Below are positions 51,297 through 60,441 of a DNA stretch of 64,000 bases, in pieces. This DNA comes from Candidatus Woesebacteria bacterium (lineage in GTDB: Bacteria > Patescibacteriota > Microgenomatia > UBA10105 > UBA927). The notes below the pieces were generated by a model, which saw only the letters and a list, made by a program, of their open reading frames with translations, had not been told where the DNA came from and searched no databases. The stretch's first letter is position 1; each line of letters opens with the position of its first letter. The position numbers were made by a program, and so were the translations under genes. The DNA lies in NCBI GenBank assembly GCA_044223895.1, contig JBGALL010000002.1, positions 704 to 64,703 of the forward strand. Reading direction: 5' to 3'.

Positions 51297-51623
51297 TTAA
51301 CCACCAAACGCACTTTGAGCTACTTGCGTAACAATATTTGTTAAAACAAAAGCGGCAAGACAAATAGTTAACCCAATGGCTGAATAGATAATCGTCTTTT
51401 TGGCACTTTCCAGTGTTTCGGGATTTCCAGAACTGGTGATATATCTAACTCCACCCCAAACGAAAAATGCAGTAGCCAATGTACCTGCTAGAACAACAAG
51501 AATTTGGACAATATTAGTTATAAAGTTTTGAACTTTGGAAACATCAGCGGCTTGGGCAAAAACAGGAGAGGCAACAATAAGCGAAGTCAGTACTAAAGAC
51601 TGTAAAGCTATTAGTTTTTTCAT
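51297..51623 (-). CDS. VirB2/TrbC-like pilin (signal peptide + two hydrophobic helices)
   Basis: 108 aa; cleavable N-terminal signal (PVFAQA), hairpin of two TM helices, C-terminal small residues. Confidence 0.5.
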   Translation of the reverse strand: MKKLIALQSLVLTSLIVASPVFAQAADVSKVQNFITNIVQILVVLAGTLATAFFVWGGVRYITSSGNPETLESAKKTIIYSAIGLTICLAAFVLTNIVTQVAQSAFGG

Positions 51624-51772
51624 AAGCTGCCGATTAAAATAAATTCATTAAGGGCAGCTAATGATTGTTATTAGCTCGAAGTATATCAATATCTCGAGAA
51701 AAGTCAACGGATAATGGCCTTGCTACGGTCTAAAAGACAAATTTTGATCACTAGAGTTATAATTAGAGTGAA

Positions 51773-52321
51773 ATGATTAAAAAATCTAACCCAAAAAAGT
51801 TGCCAATTTACATCGCTGTAGGTATCATCGTGATTCTTGGTATTGTTGCCTTTAAGCACAGCGCTACTAACACTTCAATAATTTCGATAATAACCAAGCC
51901 TAGCGAGCAAAGTTTCGAAGCGCCAGGCAAAGACTGGCCTTCTCCTAAGAAAGTTGAGGACTACTTCATTTCTAACCTGCATATGAGCCCGGAAGAAGCT
52001 CAGAGTATAAGATCAAAACCAGGAGTTGACGGTAAAGTAATGTTACGCTTGGGTGACAATACTACTATAGATGTGCTTATAAGTAATTTGGAATATTACG
52101 GATTTGTTAGAGATGAAGCAGCCTTGCGTTATGCCCTAGAACATTCTAATGATACTGTCCCAGGAAAAACATATGCACTAAAAGTTGGCAATAATACAGT
52201 CGATACTTTTGCCTACTACAGAATTTCTGAGGAAATGACTGCATGGGAAATTGCTGATGAATTGCTTAATAACCCCACCAATTTTGCTTATGACGAATAT
52301 CGCTACCTGTTTATGCCGTAA
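51773..52321 (+). CDS. hypothetical membrane-anchored protein
   Basis: 182-aa ORF, N-terminal TM. Confidence 0.4.
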   Translation: MIKKSNPKKLPIYIAVGIIVILGIVAFKHSATNTSIISIITKPSEQSFEAPGKDWPSPKKVEDYFISNLHMSPEEAQSIRSKPGVDGKVMLRLGDNTTIDVLISNLEYYGFVRDEAALRYALEHSNDTVPGKTYALKVGNNTVDTFAYYRISEEMTAWEIADELLNNPTNFAYDEYRYLFMP

Positions 52322-52328
52322 ACAAAAA

Positions 52329-52598
52329 TTATTTTTTTTTCAAAAAGTAATTATAAGCATTTGCAAAAATGTAGCCTATTACCCAGCTTCCTCCCACCGA
52401 TGTAACCAGTCCCAGGATGAATGATCCCAAGGACACATTAAAAGTAGAAATTCTGCTGAGATCCAGACCGTGGAACCATGATTGGGCAACAGTCATAGCA
52501 AGATCAGGCAATAACACTACAGCAAGAGCACAGACGATGTAAATTACACCGACGGTAACAGCTGTAGCATTGGCAGTGGCATTTGTTTCATGTTTCAT
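52329..52598 (-). CDS. hypothetical small membrane protein
   Basis: 89-aa ORF with 2 TM. Confidence 0.35.
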   Translation of the reverse strand: MKHETNATANATAVTVGVIYIVCALAVVLLPDLAMTVAQSWFHGLDLSRISTFNVSLGSFILGLVTSVGGSWVIGYIFANAYNYFLKKK

Positions 52599-52632
52599 AA
52601 ATTTTTACCCCCATTCTTATTTAGTTAATTTG

Positions 52633-52857
52633 TTAAATAATTTCACCCTTCTTTTCAAGCATCATGTGATGAATCGTTGCTATCTGAATCCAGATGGCAG
52701 CAAGAAGAGATGTGATAGAGCAAAGCAACATAATTTCCCTTGTCATTCCAAACCACACCACTCCTGTTGGCCAAAAAAGAACCGCAAAAGCAGACATGCT
52801 CACACCAATAAGACCCATTACAATACTAATGACATGAAGTAATTTTGATAGTTTCAT
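52633..52857 (-). CDS. hypothetical small membrane protein
   Basis: 74-aa ORF with 2 TM. Confidence 0.35.
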   Translation of the reverse strand: MKLSKLLHVISIVMGLIGVSMSAFAVLFWPTGVVWFGMTREIMLLCSITSLLAAIWIQIATIHHMMLEKKGEII

Positions 52858-52884
52858 AAGTTTTCACCCCCTCTCATGTTATTT

Positions 52885-53082
52885 CTAACAATTTGCTTCC
52901 GAATACTGAAATGGATTTTTATCAAAAGTGGCTTTGCACTCAGCAGAGCAGAATCCATAAACCTTCCCTTGATGGGTACTTTGAAACTTGGCTGTTCCCA
53001 AATCTACCTTCATTCCACAGACTGGATCTTTAGCTTCATCCAGTTGCTTGCCAACTTTTTTGAGTATATCTTTTATACCCAT
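52885..53082 (-). CDS. YHS/TRASH-domain metal-binding protein
   Basis: DPVCGMKV...FCSAEC motif; start trimmed to MGIKD to avoid 38-nt overlap. Confidence 0.55.
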   Translation of the reverse strand: MGIKDILKKVGKQLDEAKDPVCGMKVDLGTAKFQSTHQGKVYGFCSAECKATFDKNPFQYSEANC

Positions 53083-53083
53083 A

Positions 53084-53527
53084 TTACTCACCTCCCACTT
53101 CCCAGAGGAAAGTGCGTGCATCTATTCCTCCGATATTTGTAACTATTAATGAAATACTATCAGGCTTTGGCGTAATGGTGTTAAAAGAAAGTTGCCCCTC
53201 CCGATGATGTCCGCCGAGCGGAGATCCTTCCCAGGCGGTTGGTTGATAGATGTTTCCAACGGGATCTTTCAGGGTAATATTCTTTGTTAGGTCCTGATCC
53301 AACTCATCGCTATGAGTATCCAAAACAACGTTAAATTTCCATATATCACCGGAAAAACTAATTGGGGTGACTTTTATTGTGACGGAGCCCTCAGAGCTAC
53401 TTTGTGCAGAAAAAGTAGTTTGGACTTGGGCCTGGAGTTTAATTTCTTCTTTCGGCTGCGGTTGAAGGCGGGAATAAAGAAAGACTCCGGCTACAAAAAC
53501 AGCGATAATTGCAAAAAGGTATTTCAT
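53084..53527 (-). CDS. hypothetical secreted protein (signal/TM anchor, beta-rich)
   Basis: 147-aa ORF in metal-resistance operon. Confidence 0.4.
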   Translation of the reverse strand: MKYLFAIIAVFVAGVFLYSRLQPQPKEEIKLQAQVQTTFSAQSSSEGSVTIKVTPISFSGDIWKFNVVLDTHSDELDQDLTKNITLKDPVGNIYQPTAWEGSPLGGHHREGQLSFNTITPKPDSISLIVTNIGGIDARTFLWEVGGE

Positions 53528-53958
53528 ACTGACTTGTTAAATTTCCTGACCTGATTGAACATGTAGATAAGTCCAGCAAGGTTAAACGCCAATCCAACCC
53601 AAAACAGTTGAACTTGGTACTGAGAAATAACGGTAATGACTCCGACTGCCCCTAAAATTGGTAAAAAATTAACTAAGTAGTGGGCACAGCAGGAGATCAT
53701 GGCTGCAGTTGAAGTTGTCCCTGACACTGCGAGCACTTTTCCTGACGCGATGGCATGTTTCTTTTTCATGGCGTCTTTAAGATAGCTATATAATCCAACC
53801 TGAAGACCAAATCCAATTGCCAGAGTCACTACGAAATACCAGTACTGAGCAAATTGCTCAAGCATAAAATCCCAACCCGAAACCAAAGACACTATAGTGA
53901 AGTATATTGAAAGCAAAACCAGGGATGAGAAAGTTCCTTTTATTATTGAGCTGTTCAT
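53524..53958 (-). CDS. hypothetical membrane protein (4 TM, CC pair in TM3)
   Basis: 144-aa ORF. Confidence 0.4.
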   Translation of the reverse strand: MNSSIIKGTFSSLVLLSIYFTIVSLVSGWDFMLEQFAQYWYFVVTLAIGFGLQVGLYSYLKDAMKKKHAIASGKVLAVSGTTSTAAMISCCAHYLVNFLPILGAVGVITVISQYQVQLFWVGLAFNLAGLIYMFNQVRKFNKSV

Positions 53959-53966
53959 AATTTGCC

Positions 53967-54461
53967 TTATAGGGTGGCAAAATGATCTCTGACACCATTA
54001 ATCATCTGGCGCACACACCATTTCGCATACATCATTCCAAAGAGTCTTCCTAACCACACATTCTTATTTGGTAACCTGTAATCAATAGACACAGTAAGGT
54101 GCGATTTGTCACCTTGAGGATGTATTTCGATTTTCATTTGGTATTGACCTACGACCATAAGTTTGGGTTCTCCTACTGTTTCCCATACTTTAAGGTTAGG
54201 TTTTTGATGCTGGGTAACGACTTCATCAAGGTTTATCGAGATACCAAATGCGCTACCACTCAAAAGAATGTGAGATCCTACTTTTTGGCCCCGATTGCTG
54301 TCTGTCGAAACTTCCATCCGACCACCGCCCATCATCCAAGAAGATTTACTCATATGTGAGGAAAAACGAGAGTGGTCATCTATATAAGCGAAGACTTCTT
54401 CCTGGTCTCGTGGAACCAGCAAGCTTTCCTCATAGTGCTGGGTCTCAGTATCGATTTTCAT
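53967..54461 (-). CDS. SRPBCC-superfamily (polyketide cyclase/dehydrase-like) protein
   Basis: 164-aa ORF, helix-grip-like pattern; 4-nt overlap with ATPase gene. Confidence 0.45.
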   Translation of the reverse strand: MKIDTETQHYEESLLVPRDQEEVFAYIDDHSRFSSHMSKSSWMMGGGRMEVSTDSNRGQKVGSHILLSGSAFGISINLDEVVTQHQKPNLKVWETVGEPKLMVVGQYQMKIEIHPQGDKSHLTVSIDYRLPNKNVWLGRLFGMMYAKWCVRQMINGVRDHFATL

Positions 54462-56728
54462 ACGGTTATAAGATCCTTTTCAGCCCGGTTAAGTAACACT
54501 GCATTAGTGGCCACAATAATGGAGGAAATACTCATTAAGAGAGCTGAGACTTCAGGCCTAAGGGAAATGCCGTAGCTTGGATAAAGAACGCCCGCCGCTA
54601 CCGGAATAGCCAGCAAATTGTAGATTGAAGCCCAGAAAAGATTTTGTTTCATTTTGCGGACAGTTGCTTTGGAAAGTTTAATGGCTCTAAGTACATCGGC
54701 GGGATCAGATTTCATCAGGACTACTTTGGCGGTTTCAATAGCTACATCTGTCCCGGCGCCAATGGCAATACCGATATCTGCCTGAGCCAGGGCCGGAGCG
54801 TCATTCACTCCGTCACCCACCATGGCGGTAAACTTACCTTCCTGTTGCAATTTCTTGACATATGAGGCTTTGTCTTCCGGTAGCACCTCAGCAAACACAC
54901 GGTCAATATTGAGTTGTTTGCCAATCGCTTCGGCAGTTTTTTTGTTATCACCGGTAATCATGGCAACTTCAAGTCCCAACTCTTTCATTCGGGTAATAGC
55001 TTTTTGGGCGTTCTCTTTGATTGGATCAGAAGCGGCGGCAACTCCGGCAACTTTATTATTCACAGCCAGGACCATGATGGTTTTACCATCCGAAAGCAGT
55101 CTCTCTATATCCTCTTGAAGGGGGGTAAGATCGACCTTACTATCATTCATAAGTTTGACAGTTCCAACCAGTACATGCTTGCCATCAACTATCGCTTCCA
55201 CTCCATGACCTGCCAGATTCTTGAATTTTTCGACCTGTCTGGAAACAGTGATCTTTCTGCGTTTCGCTTCTTCCAAAACTGCCAGACTTAAGGGATGTGA
55301 GGATTTTTCTTCGGCGGCGGCATCGAGCTGAATGATTTGGTCTTCGGTAAACCCTTTAGCGGCAACCACATCAGTAATTCTGGGCTTGCCTTCAGTTAGA
55401 GTGCCGGTTTTATCTAGGACTACCGCCTGTATTTTGGAAACCTGCTCTAAGGTTGGTGCATCTTTTATCAGGATATTGTGTTTTGCGCCCAGACCGGTTC
55501 CTACCGCAACAGCAGTGGGGGTGGCCAGCCCCAAAGCATCAGGACAGGCAATCACTACGGTAGAAATAGCAAAGGTGAGGGCAAATAAGAACGGTTGGCC
55601 TAGAATGAAAAACCAGACAACAAAGGTGAGCAAACCTCCACCTACAGCAACTATTACCAAATATCTAGCAAACCGATCAGCAATCTTTTGACCGGGAGCT
55701 TTGGAGTTTTGGGCAGTCTCAACCATCTTCACAATCTGTGCCAAGGCTGTATCTCCACCAACTTTAGTGGCTTTAAATTTGACTGAGCCGGAAGTATTAA
55801 TGGAACCGCCGATAACATTATCACCAACTGATTTGGCAACTGGCAATGATTCACCTGTTACCAAAGACTCGTCAATGGCGGTTTCCCCCTCAACGATTTC
55901 TCCATCTACCGGCACTTTATCACCCGGTTTGAGAATCAGAATGTCGCCAAGTTTTACCTCAGAAGTCGGCACCATAGTTTCTTTACCATCTCTCCAAAGC
56001 CTTGCCTGTGGCGGAACAAGATCAAATAGTGCCTGCAGTGCATCGGTAGTACCACGCCTGCTCTTCATTTCCATCCAGTGACCGAAAAGCACAAAAGTGG
56101 TCAGCATGGCGGCCGCTTCATAAAATGACTCCTGACTACCCAACAAAGTTAAAACGACACTGAAAGCATAGGCTGCTGTAATGCCCACGGCGATTAGGAC
56201 AGCCATGTTCAGGGTTTTGGCCTGCAGCGCTTTATAGGTGGAATACAAAAAGATCCAGCCGGAATAAAAATAAACAGGAGTAGCCAGTAAAAACATGATC
56301 CAGCTGGCAGGAATGGGCTCGGGAAGCCGTAAACCCAGAATGTTTGTTCCTAAAGGGGAGTAGGCAATAATTGGTAAGGTGAGAATAAGGGCCACAAAAA
56401 ACTTGTTGCGGATATCTTCCTCCATAAGTTTGGCCATTTCCCGTCCAGCCAGGCCTGTGTGTTCCATGCCCATAGCCATGGTCATACTCATCTTAAATTT
56501 CTCCCAACCTGTCATTTCGGAAATTGGCTTCATAACGTGGTCGCTATGTCCCATCGCTGAATGATCCATCGACTCGTGGTCTTTACTAGATTCAGCCTTA
56601 CGCTCAGCAGGAACCAGCTTCATGCCGCACTTTGGACATGTTCCTGGTTTATCCATCTGCACTTCAGGGTGCATTGGACAGGTGTATATTTTTGTCTCCG
56701 ATGGGGTTTGATTATGATTGTGGGTCAT
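54458..56728 (-). CDS. copA: heavy-metal (copper-type) translocating P1B-type ATPase with N-terminal YHS/TRASH-like Cys-rich domain
   Basis: DKTGTLT phosphorylation site, GDGVNDAPAL, TGES-like actuator region, 8 TM; TM6 motif reads CPD rather than CPC; N-term CPMHPE...CPKCGM. Confidence 0.85.
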   Translation of the reverse strand: MTHNHNQTPSETKIYTCPMHPEVQMDKPGTCPKCGMKLVPAERKAESSKDHESMDHSAMGHSDHVMKPISEMTGWEKFKMSMTMAMGMEHTGLAGREMAKLMEEDIRNKFFVALILTLPIIAYSPLGTNILGLRLPEPIPASWIMFLLATPVYFYSGWIFLYSTYKALQAKTLNMAVLIAVGITAAYAFSVVLTLLGSQESFYEAAAMLTTFVLFGHWMEMKSRRGTTDALQALFDLVPPQARLWRDGKETMVPTSEVKLGDILILKPGDKVPVDGEIVEGETAIDESLVTGESLPVAKSVGDNVIGGSINTSGSVKFKATKVGGDTALAQIVKMVETAQNSKAPGQKIADRFARYLVIVAVGGGLLTFVVWFFILGQPFLFALTFAISTVVIACPDALGLATPTAVAVGTGLGAKHNILIKDAPTLEQVSKIQAVVLDKTGTLTEGKPRITDVVAAKGFTEDQIIQLDAAAEEKSSHPLSLAVLEEAKRRKITVSRQVEKFKNLAGHGVEAIVDGKHVLVGTVKLMNDSKVDLTPLQEDIERLLSDGKTIMVLAVNNKVAGVAAASDPIKENAQKAITRMKELGLEVAMITGDNKKTAEAIGKQLNIDRVFAEVLPEDKASYVKKLQQEGKFTAMVGDGVNDAPALAQADIGIAIGAGTDVAIETAKVVLMKSDPADVLRAIKLSKATVRKMKQNLFWASIYNLLAIPVAAGVLYPSYGISLRPEVSALLMSISSIIVATNAVLLNRAEKDLITV

Positions 56729-56755
56729 ATATTTATCTTTCTTACTTCATGATAC

Positions 56756-56775
56756 AAAATCTTCATTAAGATTTT
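56756..56775. promoter_or_regulatory. perfect palindrome AAAATCTT-CATT-AAGATTTT 28 nt upstream of copA start; candidate operator
   Basis: read directly. Confidence 0.3.
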
Positions 56776-56856
56776 ATTAGGATTATCAACATATTTTTTT
56801 TGCTACTACATTTTATAGTAACAGGATAATCAGATGGATGAAATATTTGCCTTAGA

Positions 56857-57376
56857 TTAGAAGTGGCGGCGGAGCATTTTTTCGTATTGCTGGGGGTTGG
56901 TTACGCCAAACAAGGTTACTTGATCTGTATAGCCCCCTGAGGCACTGATCTCGATGTTAACTGTTCCATATCTGAAAATCTTTCCTAACCATGACTGTTG
57001 AATTGATACCGACCGAACAATATCCAGGTCATAGATTTTCTCAATACAATCCATTATTCCCTGGTGATGTACCAAATGCTGAGAGTAATATGGTACGAGT
57101 TTCCAACCCAACGAAAGACAATTGCCGAAATCCCCAGACCTTAGCACGAGTAATAGGATGCAAAAAGGTGAGGATGTAAGCGGTCATATCATGAAGGTTA
57201 AACGGCAGCTCATGGTTTAAGAAAAATGCCCGTAGAAGAACGAAATTAAGGACTGCATACACTAGATCGATGATAATAAGTACAGAGGCAATTTTAATGA
57301 TGAATAACATCAAACTTTCACGAATTGGTTCGTTGATAGTTGTCTGACTATCCGAGTCATCGGGTTCCCAATTCAT
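56857..57376 (-). pseudogene. frameshifted bPH_2/DUF304 (YdbT-like membrane-flanked PH-domain) gene
   Basis: two overlapping ORFs in different frames: N-terminal 2 TM region (57041..57376) and C-terminal PH-like domain (56857..57147). Confidence 0.5.
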
Positions 57377-57423
57377 TAGTTCTGACTATGTTGTATAGTG
57401 TGACTGGATTTCTCATATTTTTC

Positions 57424-58056
57424 TCCTTCTAGTTTAGTAATCAGATTGTAGTGAAGGTAGAAATCTGGGAACTTTGGTTTTGTAGGTTTCATATTCTTTG
57501 CCAAAAACTTTGATCACTTTTTCTCTTCTGCTCTGGCAAGCCTGATGTATCTAAAAATAAGAATCGGAGCCATAGCCAAAGTGATAATAGTCGGCCACTG
57601 AATGAGAAAACCTAAAATAATCAGAATAAAAAAGCAAGGTATTTGTGATGACGTATATATTTATACACGCTTCAATAGCTAGGCCATGTTGTTTTTGAGC
57701 TTTATATAGCACCTCCCAAGCTTTGCCCAAAAGCATTAATCCACCAATGACTTGAAACATAACTGGTCAGATGCAAAATATTGAAATGAGGATCTTCCTT
57801 GAAGACCCAATAAGGTATTTAGGAATATGGCCATTGTCATGGGTGAAGTCTAACTTGTATGATTGGAAAACGAAGTCAGCAGATAAATAGTTAGAGGAAA
57901 ACCATACATCTCGGCAAACAGCGCCACGATAAAAGCACCAAAGATTTTGTAAGTCCTCCAGTCAGTTTTTGTCCTCGGTTTAAATGCGCTTTTTATAAAA
58001 TACAGAAAGAGCACAATGTTAAATATTACAAGGAACCAGTTACCATAGTCGTACAT
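57424..58056 (-). pseudogene. frameshifted isoprenylcysteine-carboxyl/phospholipid methyltransferase-family (ICMT/PEMT-like) membrane protein gene
   Basis: N-terminal TM fragment (57850..58056), middle fragment, and C-terminal RREKVIKVFGKEYETYKTKVPRF (EE..FG.eY..Y...VPR) motif in a third frame. Confidence 0.45.
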
Positions 58057-58137
58057 ATGCAGTCACTGTAACAGGACGTAGGTTAAGAAATCATGAGCCT
58101 AGCTTTAACTTTTTATGAAGGCCATTCACTATTAGAG

Positions 58138-58179
58138 TTGACAGTATGTAGACAGAAACATATCATTAGTTAATGATAT
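58138..58179 (+). promoter_or_regulatory. promoter (TTGACA-17 nt-TATCAT) overlapping a 9-2-9 perfect palindrome ATATCATTA-gt-TAATGATAT that covers -10 to start codon; candidate ArsR/SmtB autoregulatory operator
   Basis: read directly. Confidence 0.45.
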
Positions 58180-58474
58180 GAAAAAGAGTAGTCTACAGGT
58201 CGAAGCAAAATTCTTCAGAGGGCTTTCTGATTGGACAAGACTCTCTGTCATTGAAACACTTATAACCGATGAGAAATCAGTTGGAGAAATTGTCGAGGCA
58301 AAACAAAGCAATCGCATCAAATGTGTCGAACCACTTAAAGTGTCTCTCGAATGCGGATTAGTAAAAGTAGGCGAAGGAAAAAGGCCAAATATGTTTTATT
58401 CCCTGAGAGATAAGAAAACACAAGAACTGTTTAAAACTTCTAAACAAGTTATTTCAAAGTCTATTCTCACATAG
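58178..58474 (+). CDS. ArsR/SmtB-family metalloregulatory HTH repressor (reading frame likely perturbed by two compensating indels)
   Basis: LSDWTRLSVIETL...VGEIVEA...GLVKV..GKRPNMFYSL; the recognition helix SNVSNHLKCL is encoded in an alternative frame for ~50 nt. Confidence 0.55.
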   Translation: MKKSSLQVEAKFFRGLSDWTRLSVIETLITDEKSVGEIVEAKQSNRIKCVEPLKVSLECGLVKVGEGKRPNMFYSLRDKKTQELFKTSKQVISKSILT

Positions 58475-58489
58475 AGGAATGCTTAAATT

Positions 58490-59140
58490 ATGGAAAATAG
58501 CACTATACAAAAAGAAAACGTGGGCTCTATTTTGCCTACTTTATTATTGTTTGGGATATTATCGAAGGTGCTGTGGCTGTTACAGCTGGGATTCTTGCCA
58601 ATTCCATTGCTCTAGTGGGATTTGGCATTGATTCAGGTATTGAAGTATTTGCTGCTGCTGTTACAGTCGGTACTTAGGTGCAGTAGAAGACGAGAAACGA
58701 TTCAAGAGTGCACTTCTACTTATTGCTGTCAGCTTTTCTTGCAGCCTATGTTTCGTTTCAGGCTATTAGTGATTTGGTATTGCAGGATAAAGCGCAGCCA
58801 TCGCTCATTGGAATTTTTATTAATGTAGTTGCTCTACCTGTCATGATACCAATGGCCATATTTCAAAAAAGGACAGGAAAAGCAATCAACAATAAGGTTA
58901 TTATTGCTCAATCTGATGAAACGTGACTATCAAACTATCTATCGCCAAGCCTTGTTTGTCGGTTTAGGAGCAAATGCGATATTTGGCTGGTGGTGGGCTG
59001 ATCCATTAACAGCATTACTTCTTGCTGGACTTGCAGTATACGTGAAGGATGGGAAGAAAGAAGCGAGTGGAACTACAAGAGTAAAGAAAGTGGTGGCAGA
59101 ACAATGTTCTCTTTTTTACGAATATATAAAAATCACCTAA
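58490..59140 (+). pseudogene. frameshifted cation diffusion facilitator (CDF)-like transporter gene
   Basis: three consecutive ORF fragments in different frames; GILANSIALVGFGIDSG (TM2-like) and FGWWWADPLTALLLAGLAVYV (TM5 GWxWADP motif). Confidence 0.45.
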
Positions 59141-59166
59141 CAGCTATGGCTAGGTGATTTTTTGAG
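59128..59166. terminator. rho-independent terminator (11-bp stem AAAATCACCTA/TAGGTGATTTT, 11-nt loop, T-run) overlapping CDF-like stop codon
   Basis: read directly. Confidence 0.5.
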
Positions 59167-59538
59167 TTTTACTACTCGTTACTCACTCGTCGTAGGACTT
59201 CTGCATCGGCTCTGACAGCAGGACATAAGCCTTTCCTCCTTTCTTAGTGTTTGTGGTCGCCATCTTTCATCATCCATATGTGTAGTAACGGACATAACAA
59301 CAGGGCTCCCATAAGGAAAACTGTTCCGGTCGGAATCTTAAATAAAGCAACTGCGGCTACAGCCAAGGCAATGAGTCCAAATACAAAAAGGTTGGTTTTC
59401 GCTGAGATAATCGAAGTACTTTTTTCTTTTACGTTATAAGGTGTTCTATATTGTCACCCCTTTCTGTTTCATATATCCTCACTTTACAGGATTGGGTGTT
59501 AAGATTTGCTTAGTGAGAAATGAAGTTTTACTAAAGAA

Positions 59539-60295
59539 CTACACACCGCAACTGCCGCCACCGGAAACTTTAGGGATCAGTCCTTTGGCAGCTTTACCTT
59601 TTATTAATTGCCTGATACCCCCGTCCGCTGGAGTATTTCCGATGCCGAGAGCCAGGTTCAAGGTCCACCTGGTCCCATTGTTTTTGATTTCTTTAAAATA
59701 CGTAGCCAATTCGACATAAGTCTGTGGGAACCAGTAGGAGTTAAGAACCAGAGCCTTTCGATAAACCTCATCTTTAGGCATTCCCTGAGCGTTTATTGTT
59801 AAATAAACCCGAGCATGGTAGCACCAGGGTTACAATCCTGGAAGTAGGTACTGTTGCCACAGCATGGCCGGTAAATATTTTGAGTGATTTCAGAGACAAG
59901 TGCTTCCTGCTCTCGTGAAGTTAATGCCACGATGGAATACTTGTTAAAAAGTTTACCGCCATCCTGCTTGCCCAAAGTCCAGCCACCTGTAGAGGCAAAG
60001 TTGCCTGCTCTATTTTTATACTGAGTTCCCATTGGTCCTTCTGACAATACATTGGTTTTGTTATAATCCCCAGTGGCTTGCAAAAAGATTGAGAATAACA
60101 CCGGCGTTTCTTCGTAAGTTCATATTGATTTGTTTGATACCCATCAAGAAGATTCCCACTTTGGGTAGTCAAATCGGTCTTTACCTCGTACAGCTTAATA
60201 AATTTATCTTTATCAATTGCTCCTGATTCGACCAACCTAACAATGATGTTCTTCAATGAAATCGCCCAGATCAAATTCCTTTGGCAAAACTTCAT
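59539..60295 (-). pseudogene. fragmented ORF set (three frames) of an unidentified Cys-containing protein
   Basis: three overlapping ORFs 59539..59781, 59799..60101, 59921..60295 on same strand in different frames. Confidence 0.3.
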
Positions 60296-60441
60296 CAGTT
60301 AGCTGAGACTATGTTGGCGAGCATCAGGAGTTTTATAGGCTTGGTACAGGGGGACGATTTTTTTGATTAGCAGTAGGCACAAGCTTGAATGCCAGTGTTG
60401 CTATGAGCAAGCCGGTTAATAACCCGATGACGTAACGTTTG

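Noticed and set aside
54644-56081. Series of 60-126-aa plus-strand ORFs inside the copA region
   Set aside because: They are antisense to an intact 756-aa P-type ATPase. Their translations are low-complexity and Ser/Pro/Thr/Ala-rich, as expected from the reverse strand of a GC-richer gene. They are not genes.
57551-58056. Two small ORFs (57551..57760, 57850..58056) as independent genes
   Set aside because: Together with a third-frame C-terminal piece carrying the EE..FG.EY..Y...VPR motif, they reconstruct one ICMT/PEMT-like gene interrupted by frameshifts. They are reported as a pseudogene instead.
59225-59410. Unannotated minus-strand small membrane ORF ending ...HIWMMKDGDHKH (DUF2933-like), and a 15-aa Cys-rich mini-ORF with perfect SD just downstream
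   Set aside because: There is no clear canonical start codon in frame. It lies within the frameshift-dense region, so it may be another gene fragment. It is too uncertain to call.
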